Source of the DNA: Sulfurospirillum sp.
GTDB lineage: Bacteria > Campylobacterota > Campylobacteria > Campylobacterales > Sulfurospirillaceae
Length of the DNA stretch: 64,000 bases
NCBI GenBank assembly: GCA_045047115.1
Contig: JASFYR010000012.1
Span: 27,337 to 91,336, forward strand
Direction: 5' to 3'
Shown here piece by piece: positions 29,852-40,763 of the stretch. A program made the translations under genes and the position numbers. Positions within the stretch are counted from its first letter, which is position 1; each line of letters starts with the position of its first letter. The notes beneath the pieces are model-generated. The model had not been told where the DNA came from, made no database searches, and worked only from the letters and a program-made list of their open reading frames with translations.

Positions 29852-30054
29852 ACCAGGGCGGATGGACTTGCCCGCATGATATAAGCGGAATCTGTGACAT
29901 CATCAAAAAAGAGTGCGATCCGGGTGATAGAGGTTGTGTTCTGTACGGTAAAGTAAAATTTTCAGATGAAAGCTCTCCATCAAATGAGGCTTTTGAGCAA
30001 AGAATGAAAAGAAAAATGGAAAAACTTCAAATTGAGTTGCATAGGGATGGTTAA
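29848..30054 (+). CDS. Small Cys-rich hypothetical protein
   Basis: GWTCPH..GIC......CDPG..GCVL.GK pattern; coupled to marC; AAGGAG RBS. Confidence 0.75.
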   Translation: MNQGGWTCPHDISGICDIIKKECDPGDRGCVLYGKVKFSDESSPSNEAFEQRMKRKMEKLQIELHRDG

Positions 30055-30063
30055 CATCCCTAT
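30041..30063. terminator. Hairpin between convergent units
   Basis: ATAGGGATG-GTTAA-CATCCCTAT; no U-tract on either strand. Confidence 0.55.
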
Positions 30064-30088
30064 ATCAAAGGAGATTGTTTTTGAATTT

Positions 30089-30140
30089 CTTCAAACCCAA
30101 ATCAAGAATCACTTTTGTGGTCCCTGATTTGGGTTTGAAG
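30089..30140. repeat. Long stem-loop in the 3' region of the small-peptide transcript
   Basis: 16-bp perfect IR CTTCAAACCCAAATCA / TGATTTGGGTTTGAAG with further inner pairing. Confidence 0.85.
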
Positions 30141-30156
30141 TTACGCGCAGAACATA

Positions 30157-30252
30157 CTACGCAAGGACTGCATAAGCAAATGCAACTAGACCGATAACGG
30201 CAACAAAATCAAAAATACCTAATACTTGAATTGGGTTTAGTTTTGAGAACAT
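30157..30252 (-). CDS. 31-aa single-TM peptide, absent from the ORF track (MFSKLNPIQVLGIFDFVAVIGLVAFAYAVLA)
   Basis: AAAGGAG RBS, ATG 30252, TAG 30157; TATAAT at 30284-30279. Confidence 0.75.
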   Translation of the reverse strand: MFSKLNPIQVLGIFDFVAVIGLVAFAYAVLA

Positions 30253-30338
30253 TTTAGCTCCTTTAAAATAATTTCGGAATTATATATAAATAATGCTTAA
30301 AAAATAATAAAAACAAATGAATTTTAACTCATAATTTT

Positions 30339-30363
30339 AATAGTGTAACAATTTTACACTATT
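30339..30363. promoter_or_regulatory. Operator-like palindrome upstream of the small-peptide promoter
   Basis: AATAGTGTAA-CAATT-TTACACTATT, 10-bp perfect arms. Confidence 0.55.
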
Positions 30364-30446
30364 TTTTCTTAAAGAATTTACTAAATATTCTTATTTTGTT
30401 AATAATTTATTTATAGATATGACAAAAACAGGGATGAATATGATAA

Positions 30447-30489
30447 AAAACCTCTGTTTTTCTTACTTTTTGACAAAAACAGAGGTTTT
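30447..30489 (-). terminator. Terminator after the cysteine desulfidase gene
   Basis: 15-bp IR AAAACCTCTGTTTTT / AAAAACAGAGGTTTT. Confidence 0.7.
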
Positions 30490-30509
30490 GTAAAGTTTTT
30501 TAAGATATT

Positions 30510-31790
30510 TTAATTTTTTTCCATAATGCTTAGAATTATATTGTCTGTCTCTTTCATTCCGGTTTTTGCCAGTATGCCTATGTTGTTTATAGTCTCTTCT
30601 ATATCTCTGCCTACTATGCCCTCTCCACTGTGAAGTGCTCTATGAGAGAGAGCTAGCATTGAGGAGTCAAAGGCGGTATATACACCAGTAGCAATCTTCA
30701 TAGCACACGATGCTTTTGCGCCATCACAAATAACCCCGGAGATATTTCCCAAAGAGTTTGTGACAGCCATAGATACGCTCTCATAGTTACCATCTTCTAC
30801 AAATACCAATGCACCGCTTACAGCACTTGTAGCACATATGACACCACAAAATGCGGAGAGTCTCCCTATACTGGATTTTAGATGTATCGTAGTCAGATGT
30901 GAGAAAAAGAGTGTTCGAATGAGGGTTTCATGAGATTTGCCCTGATCTATACAATACCTTATGATAGGCAAAGAGGCCGCCATGCCTTGGTTTCCACTTC
31001 CGCTTGTAGTCATTACAGGTAAAGAACATCCGCTCATTCTGGCATCACCTCCTGCTGAAGCAAAACTTGCACATCTGTTTCTTTGGTCATCTCCGTATAG
31101 CCCTTTTTGTATGTTTTTGTTTATCATACAACCTATGTTTATGCCGTATTTTCCATCAAGCCCTGCTTTTGCTATTTTGCTGTTTCGCTCAATCACCAAG
31201 TCAAACAGATCTTTGATGAGATCAATGTCAATGCTTTTGGCAAGCTCGTATATGCCTTTTACGCTTAGTTTTTCTCGCTCTTCATAAGGCGTGCTGAACT
31301 CTGCATCATTGCAAGCCCTGTTTATGATATTTTTGCCGTTTTTTTCTATTTTTGTTATATTTGTATGTAGATGTTTGATCTCTACCATCGCACTTTCATC
31401 TCCGCTGTAAACAATAGCTTTTGCATATAGTGGTATATCGGTTTTGTCATGGATGACTTTGATGAGATCTCTATCTAAAAAAGCCTTGACTTCTTTCAAA
31501 TCTTCATCTTTGATATGACTTATGACCATCAGCTCTCTTGAGGCATCGCCTTTGATAGCTCCCATCGCACAAGCTGCCTCTATGCCTATCAGACCACCTG
31601 CATTTGGAATGTTCACGGATTTTACATTTTTTATCATATTACCAGAAACATATATGTCTAATTTCTCGGGTTTTGTACCTAAAATTTCAACTGCTTTTGC
31701 GCAGACATAAGCTAAAGCTATGGGCTCCGTACAACCTTGTGCAGGAACTATCTCCTCTTTTAATAAATCAAGTATGCTTTGTGTTGTCAT
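30510..31790 (-). CDS. L-cysteine desulfidase / serine dehydratase-alpha family (YhaM/CyuA-like)
   Basis: PAQGCTEPIA, DARMSG, SGSGNQG, GRLSAFCG, ICDGAKASCAMK. Confidence 0.9.
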   Translation of the reverse strand: MTTQSILDLLKEEIVPAQGCTEPIALAYVCAKAVEILGTKPEKLDIYVSGNMIKNVKSVNIPNAGGLIGIEAACAMGAIKGDASRELMVISHIKDEDLKEVKAFLDRDLIKVIHDKTDIPLYAKAIVYSGDESAMVEIKHLHTNITKIEKNGKNIINRACNDAEFSTPYEEREKLSVKGIYELAKSIDIDLIKDLFDLVIERNSKIAKAGLDGKYGINIGCMINKNIQKGLYGDDQRNRCASFASAGGDARMSGCSLPVMTTSGSGNQGMAASLPIIRYCIDQGKSHETLIRTLFFSHLTTIHLKSSIGRLSAFCGVICATSAVSGALVFVEDGNYESVSMAVTNSLGNISGVICDGAKASCAMKIATGVYTAFDSSMLALSHRALHSGEGIVGRDIEETINNIGILAKTGMKETDNIILSIMEKN

Positions 31791-31881
31791 TTTTTTCTCA
31801 TTTTTTGGTTTAGTTGTTCTGCGTACACATTTTATCATAATCAAGATATTATGTAAATTGAGATATAATCACGGTTATTAA

Positions 31882-35110
<3,229 letters not shown>

Positions 35111-35111
35111 T

Positions 35112-35771
35112 CTATCTTGTTTTGCCCTTTACTACAGGCACAAAGAGGCAGTCGTCCAATTCCTCTTTTTTGATAGAATCTGCTGTTTTTGTAAATCTTG
35201 TAATAATCTGTTTTTTGTTTTTTTCAATGGGTGCTACCAAGATGCCACCTGTCTTTAATTGTTCAAACAGTTTATTTGGTATCTCTTCTATGGATGCAGA
35301 AAATAAGATTCGATCAAATGGAGCATATTCTCTCCAGCCGTTTTGACCGTCATCATATCTTACATTTATGTTGTGAATGCCCAGAGTCTTAAATCTCTCT
35401 TTTGCCTCTTTTGCCAATCTTTCAACTCTCTCTATGCTAAAGACTCTACGAATCAATTTACTTAAAATCAGCGCCTGATATCCACTTCCGCACCCTATTT
35501 CAAGCACGCTGTCGGCACCTCTGCATGTAAGTGCTTCACTCATCTTTGCAACTGTTAGGGGAGAGCTTATCCATTGGTCTGCAACCAGAGGTAAAGCATC
35601 TAGTTTGTAGGCATGTCTGCCAAAACCTTTTGGTACAAAAAGCTCTCTTTCACTGTTGGCAAGTGCACTGTAAACACTTTTGTCAATATTGCATATTTTT
35701 TCTATCTCATCAGCCATTTTTTTAGATTTTTCAAGCCTCATTTTCAGGGCAAAACTGTCAATTTTTGTCAT
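35112..35771 (-). CDS. pcm: Protein-L-isoaspartate O-methyltransferase
   Basis: QWISSP, LEIGCGSGYQ, APFDRI, FVP. Confidence 0.95.
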   Translation of the reverse strand: MTKIDSFALKMRLEKSKKMADEIEKICNIDKSVYSALANSERELFVPKGFGRHAYKLDALPLVADQWISSPLTVAKMSEALTCRGADSVLEIGCGSGYQALILSKLIRRVFSIERVERLAKEAKERFKTLGIHNINVRYDDGQNGWREYAPFDRILFSASIEEIPNKLFEQLKTGGILVAPIEKNKKQIITRFTKTADSIKKEELDDCLFVPVVKGKTR

Positions 35772-36496
35772 TATAATCCTACATCCATATATCTTCTCAT
35801 CTTTTTTATCAAATTTTTATCAAATTTTGCACTAAGCATTTTTAGCGCATCATCTTCAATACACTTCCCAAAAGGATCTATTATGCAGCTAGCCGATGCC
35901 ATATCTTTATCGCTACTGTTGGAAATTATAACAAAGCATTGGTTTGCAATACCAAGAGCAATACCCAGAGCCTTCAGTTGAGACTTTCTTGGTCTACCCC
36001 AATATGATGGTATCAAAATTATATCAGAGCCTCTTAATTTTTGCCATAAATCTATAAATCTAAGCTCAAAACAGATGAGAAGTGAAACTTTTATCCCATC
36101 TATATCGATTATCTTTATATCTTCCGCATCCCCGCTTTTAAAATAGTTCTGCTCATCTCCTAACTTAAACAGTTTTGTTTTTGCCCTAGAATAAATCTCC
36201 CCTCCGTTTGCAAAAATCTTGGCGTTGTTAAAAAACTTTCCACCCTCTTTTTGTATCATTGTTAAAGATAAAATTCTCTTCTTTGAGAACTCTTTTAGCT
36301 TCGGCAATACTTTTTGTGAAAACTCTGCGCTTTTATTTAAATCGTCATAACTATAGGCACTAAGGCAGAGTTCCGGTGCCAAGACAAGAGAGTTTTTTTT
36401 GGTTTTTCGTATAAGAGAACCAAGAGTTTCAAAGTTTTCTTCAAAACTCTTGGTTGCATAATCAAATTGTAGTGAAACTAGACTAGAAATCGTCAA
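35771..36496 (-). CDS. Carbon-nitrogen hydrolase (nitrilase family)
   Basis: Catalytic triad contexts APEL, KTKLF and ICFELRF. Confidence 0.9.
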   Translation of the reverse strand: MTISSLVSLQFDYATKSFEENFETLGSLIRKTKKNSLVLAPELCLSAYSYDDLNKSAEFSQKVLPKLKEFSKKRILSLTMIQKEGGKFFNNAKIFANGGEIYSRAKTKLFKLGDEQNYFKSGDAEDIKIIDIDGIKVSLLICFELRFIDLWQKLRGSDIILIPSYWGRPRKSQLKALGIALGIANQCFVIISNSSDKDMASASCIIDPFGKCIEDDALKMLSAKFDKNLIKKMRRYMDVGL

Positions 36497-37505
36497 AAGA
36501 TAAGCTTCCTTTACTGTAATTTGCTACATTTCCCTCAAAAAAGTTTGTTTTTTGTTCATTAAACTTTGAAAAGTCGTCCACCCACTTGATGGGATGACTT
36601 GCGTTGTAGATCTTTTTAAATCCAACTGCACCTAATCTGTCATCTATGAGATAGTGTATATACTCTTCGATAATCTCATCGGTAAAGCCCATTATTTGGT
36701 TTTGTGTGATGTATTTTCCCCACTCGATTTCAAGTTCACCTGCTTTTTCAAACATATTAAGAACTTTCTTTTCTAATTCTGGTGTGAAAAGATCAGGTCT
36801 CTCTTTTCTAGTCGAGTTTATCATATTTTGAAAGAGTAGCAAGTGAGTTATCTCATCTCGTTGTATAAATCTTATCATTTGAGCACTTCCAAGCATCCTT
36901 CCTGCTCTTGCTAGGGCATAAATAGCAGTAAAGCCGGCATAGAAGTAAAGTCCTTCTAAAATTTGATTTGCGAACATTGCGAGGACTATCTTTTCATCTG
37001 TTACATCACCCGCAAGCTCTTCATAAACGCTTGAAATATAGTCATTCTTTCGCCTTAACATCTCATCATGCTTTTCCATCTCGTAGATAAGATCAGTATT
37101 ATCACAAATCGCTTCAACCATAACAGCATAAGATTTGGAATGGTTTGCTTCTTCATAAGCCTGACGAATGAGTATGGCATTTATCTCAGGAGCTGTTATA
37201 TAGGGATTTATATTGTCTGCCAGATTGTTTGTCTGAAAGCTGTCCATACTTATAAGCTGTGACCAAACAAGGTCATACATTCTTTTTTCGGCATTGGTTA
37301 GGTTTCTGTTATAATCAATAACATCTTTTGTAGTATCAACCTCTTTTGGAAACCAGGTGTTTGCCTCCATCATATCCCATAACTTCAGAGCCCATTGGTA
37401 TTTTGCCTGAGTAAAGTTTAAAATACCATGAGGATTTCCACCAAATATTCTGCGGTCATTTAGACTTTCATTTGAGTCCGGATTGTATATATGTTTTCTA
37501 TTCAT
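36483..37505 (-). CDS. nrdB: Class I ribonucleotide reductase beta subunit
   Basis: [26 protein letters not shown]...NY. Confidence 0.96.
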   Translation of the reverse strand: MNRKHIYNPDSNESLNDRRIFGGNPHGILNFTQAKYQWALKLWDMMEANTWFPKEVDTTKDVIDYNRNLTNAEKRMYDLVWSQLISMDSFQTNNLADNINPYITAPEINAILIRQAYEEANHSKSYAVMVEAICDNTDLIYEMEKHDEMLRRKNDYISSVYEELAGDVTDEKIVLAMFANQILEGLYFYAGFTAIYALARAGRMLGSAQMIRFIQRDEITHLLLFQNMINSTRKERPDLFTPELEKKVLNMFEKAGELEIEWGKYITQNQIMGFTDEIIEEYIHYLIDDRLGAVGFKKIYNASHPIKWVDDFSKFNEQKTNFFEGNVANYSKGSLSFDDF

Positions 37506-37549
37506 ATTTTGTGTCCTTAGTTTTTTATATTTTACCTAAAAGAACTTAA

Positions 37550-39799
37550 CTATAACTTCTCGGCTAGAAGTTCATTTACTATTTTTGGGTTTGCTTTGCC
37601 CTTTGTAGCTTTTAGCACAAGACCCACAAAGAAGCCTAGAAGTTTGGTATTGCCTGCTTTAAACTTGGCGACATTATCTGGATTTTTTTTAATTACTTCG
37701 TCAATAATAGGCAAAATCTTAGAGGGGTCACTTATTTGCACAAGTCCTTTATCTTCAACTATTTGTGCTGGATCTTCTCCGGATTTTGTCATCTCTTCAA
37801 AGATTTGTTTGGCAATTTTATTTGAAATAGTTTTATTATCAATCATTTCAACAAGCTGGGCTATCTGCTTTGCGCCAAATTTTAGCTCACTTATTTGTTT
37901 CTCTTTTATCTCCCTTGCTATCTCATTGCTCACAATATTAGCTAGACTCACCGGGCTGTTAAGAATAGACAGTGCCTCTTTGTAAAATGACGAAAGTCGT
38001 TCATCGCGAGCTAGAGTATTGGCTACCTCACTGTTTAGCCCAAGCTCTAAATTATACTTATCAAATAATCTTTTCTGGACTTCACTCATGGGTGCTACAA
38101 CACCCTCTATATGTTTCTTTTTTGCTTGAGACTTGGGTGTAGCAGGTTTGTCCGCTTCTGTCTTTTTAGCCCAAGAGTCTTTAAGACTGACAATTTTATT
38201 AAACACAGGGTTTTCATCAGCGTAATCAACTGGATCAGCATAAAAATACCCTTGTCGCTCAAACTGAAATCTCTCATCAGGTTTTTGGGTTATAACAGCA
38301 GGCTCAATAATAGCATTTTTGATAATTTGCAAAGAATTTGGGTTTATATCTTCTATTCCTTCAGGATTTTTACAAGAGAACAATCTGTCATAGAGTCTTA
38401 CTTCGATAGTTTTAGCCTCTTTGGCGCTTACCCATTGAATAGCACTTTTAACCTTGATATCACTACGGTCTGAGCCACTTTTGGATTCAGGGTAATACTC
38501 TGCTTTTATCTCTGTAATATTGCCACTGGTATCTTTTATAATTTCTTTGCAAGATATGATATAAGCATGTTTAAGTCTCACTGGTTGTTTAGGTGTAAGA
38601 CGGAAGTAGCCTTTTGGAGGATTTTCCATAAAATCTTCACGCTCAATATAGATCTCATGAGAGAAAGGCAGTGCTCTTGTACCCTCTTTGGGCACATCAT
38701 GCGGGTAGTACGAAGCATCAATCTCTTCATAACCATCATAATTTTCGATTGTAACTTTTAGTGGGTCAAGCACACACATAACGCGTGGTACTTTTTTATT
38801 TAAATCATCTCTTATGCAAAATTCTAGCTGTGAAACATCAACCATTGAATTTGCTTTTGCTATGCCTATTTGATCGCAGAAATTTAAAATAGATTGTGGA
38901 GTATAACCCCTTCTTTTATATCCGGCAATTGTAGGCAAACGAGGATCATCCCATCCACTAACTACTCCGCCTTCAACCAGCTCCAAAAGCTTCCTTTTGC
39001 TCATAACAGTGTAGTTGATATTTAGTCGTGCAAATTCATACTGATATGGTCGTGGTGGCTCAAGTTTAAGTTCGTCCAGTATCCAGTTGTAAATATCACG
39101 ATTATTTTCAAACTCCAGCGTGCAGATAGAGTGAGAAACTCCTTCGATATAATCAGACAGGCAGTGAGCAAAGTCATACATCGGATAAATAGCCCACTCA
39201 TCTCCTGCTCTAAAATGATGCACATGCCTGATACGGTACAGGAGTGGATCCCGCATTTTCATATTTGCTGCACTCATATCAATCTTTGCTCTTAAAACAT
39301 GCTCACCGTCTTTAAATTCACCTTTTTTCATCCTTCTAAAAAGGTCTAAATTCTCTTCAATACTACGCTTGGCATATTTGCTGCGTTTTCCTGCCTCTGT
39401 GATGGTTCCACGGTATTCTCGCATCTCTTCTTCGCTTAGACTATCAACATATGCCTTGCCCATTTTAATGAGTTTGAGGGCATAATCATATAGTTTAGGG
39501 AAATAATCGGAAGTAAAATATACATTATCGCCCCAGTCAAATCCAAGCCACTTTACCGCATCTTTAAGAGCCTCAACATATCTCACATCTTCTTTAGTCG
39601 GGTTTGTGTCATCCATTCTGAGGTTACAGTGACCTTTATAATCCCGTGCAATACCAAAATTTATAGCAATAGACTTGGCATGCCCAATGTGTGGGAATCC
39701 ATTGGGCTCCGGAGGGAATCTTGTGACAATCTCTTTATATTTGTCTGACTTCAAGTCCTCTTCAACTATTGCACATAAAAAATTTTTGCTTTTATTCAT
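37550..39799 (-). CDS. glnS: Glutamine-tRNA ligase with C-terminal YqeY domain
   Basis: RFPPEPNG.PHIGH, MSKRKL, FQFERQGYF; GatB/YqeY-like tail GFFVG.V.K.TKGKANP. Confidence 0.95.
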   Translation of the reverse strand: MNKSKNFLCAIVEEDLKSDKYKEIVTRFPPEPNGFPHIGHAKSIAINFGIARDYKGHCNLRMDDTNPTKEDVRYVEALKDAVKWLGFDWGDNVYFTSDYFPKLYDYALKLIKMGKAYVDSLSEEEMREYRGTITEAGKRSKYAKRSIEENLDLFRRMKKGEFKDGEHVLRAKIDMSAANMKMRDPLLYRIRHVHHFRAGDEWAIYPMYDFAHCLSDYIEGVSHSICTLEFENNRDIYNWILDELKLEPPRPYQYEFARLNINYTVMSKRKLLELVEGGVVSGWDDPRLPTIAGYKRRGYTPQSILNFCDQIGIAKANSMVDVSQLEFCIRDDLNKKVPRVMCVLDPLKVTIENYDGYEEIDASYYPHDVPKEGTRALPFSHEIYIEREDFMENPPKGYFRLTPKQPVRLKHAYIISCKEIIKDTSGNITEIKAEYYPESKSGSDRSDIKVKSAIQWVSAKEAKTIEVRLYDRLFSCKNPEGIEDINPNSLQIIKNAIIEPAVITQKPDERFQFERQGYFYADPVDYADENPVFNKIVSLKDSWAKKTEADKPATPKSQAKKKHIEGVVAPMSEVQKRLFDKYNLELGLNSEVANTLARDERLSSFYKEALSILNSPVSLANIVSNEIAREIKEKQISELKFGAKQIAQLVEMIDNKTISNKIAKQIFEEMTKSGEDPAQIVEDKGLVQISDPSKILPIIDEVIKKNPDNVAKFKAGNTKLLGFFVGLVLKATKGKANPKIVNELLAEKL

Positions 39800-39928
39800 T
39801 ATTATTAAACCTTTGGATATATTTTTTGCACTATTTAACAATTTTTTAGTTGTGAAATTATATCATAAAACTGCTTTAAAGCTTGAAACAAGGGTGTTTG
39901 TTTTTCAGGAGCAACTAGGCAAAATAAA

Positions 39929-40624
39929 CTAAAATTCTCGAAAATCTATTTTAATTTTGTTGTTTAATTTTAATATATCTATTTGTCTGTGTTGTTCATC
40001 TATCAGGCCTATATTATCATCTACATGTAGATAGTTTTGCAGATAGTAGGTCTTTGTGTAGTTTCTTGTATGTAAATCATCTATTATTCTATTTATATCA
40101 TTTTCGTTTAGTAATCCGGAGTGCACGGTTGTTCTTGTTTCAAAGGGAAAATCTGTATGGATTAGAAAGTCCAGTGTCTCTTGAAAATCATCAAAGTTTC
40201 TGTTTTGTGTTATATTTTCAAATTTCTCTTTTGGTGCCTTGTAATCAAGGGCTATGTAGTCGACCAATCTATTTTGTACCAAGTGTTTTAATAACTTTGG
40301 ATTTGTCCCGTTTGTGTCTATTTTTATCTTGAAGCCCAAATCTTTAATCTTTTTGCACAACTCTTCAAGGTGCGGGTAGAGTGTGCATTCTCCACCACTC
40401 AGTACGATTCCTGTAAGTCTGTTTTGCCTGGTTTTTAGAAAGTTGAGTGCTTCTTGTATGCTTATTGTTCCTTCGCCAAAGACGATAGGCGTGTTGTAAC
40501 AGTAGGGGCATCTCATATTGCATTTGCAAAACCAAAAGATTGACGCTAGATTCTCGGGAAAATCCAGCGTCGTAAATCTTGTTATGTCGTATAGCGGCTT
40601 ATCTGTTAGAAAGTCTCTCGACAA
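39929..40624 (-). CDS. nrdG: Anaerobic RNR activating radical-SAM enzyme
   Basis: CNMRCPYCYN, SGGEC, DTNG, DYKAP, RTT; start uncertain (TTG 40624 or ATG 40663). Confidence 0.92.
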   Translation of the reverse strand: MSRDFLTDKPLYDITRFTTLDFPENLASIFWFCKCNMRCPYCYNTPIVFGEGTISIQEALNFLKTRQNRLTGIVLSGGECTLYPHLEELCKKIKDLGFKIKIDTNGTNPKLLKHLVQNRLVDYIALDYKAPKEKFENITQNRNFDDFQETLDFLIHTDFPFETRTTVHSGLLNENDINRIIDDLHTRNYTKTYYLQNYLHVDDNIGLIDEQHRQIDILKLNNKIKIDFREF

Positions 40625-40763
40625 ACTGAACTCTCTCTTTATGCTCGCCTGTCTTTCCGACATTGAAGCTTTCTACTGGCCTATGGTAACCCATAACTCT
40701 AGTGTAGACGATACATTTTGTTCGTTCGCCTTCCAGTCTTTTAAGCAGTTCGTTTTTGCTCAT
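40599..40763 (-). CDS. 54-aa stand-alone glycyl-radical domain of class III RNR, absent from the ORF track
   Basis: MSKNELLKRLEGERTKCIVYTRVMGYHRPVESFNVGKTGEHKERVQFVERLSNR; AAAGGAG RBS; RVMGY radical motif. Confidence 0.92.
   Translation of the reverse strand: MSKNELLKRLEGERTKCIVYTRVMGYHRPVESFNVGKTGEHKERVQFVERLSNR

Noticed and set aside
30075..30197. Plus-strand TTG ORF (~40 aa) after AAAGGAG
   Set aside because: It runs through the long hairpin and antisense into the better-supported peptide gene; the AAAGGAG is explained as the complement of the minus-strand anti-SD
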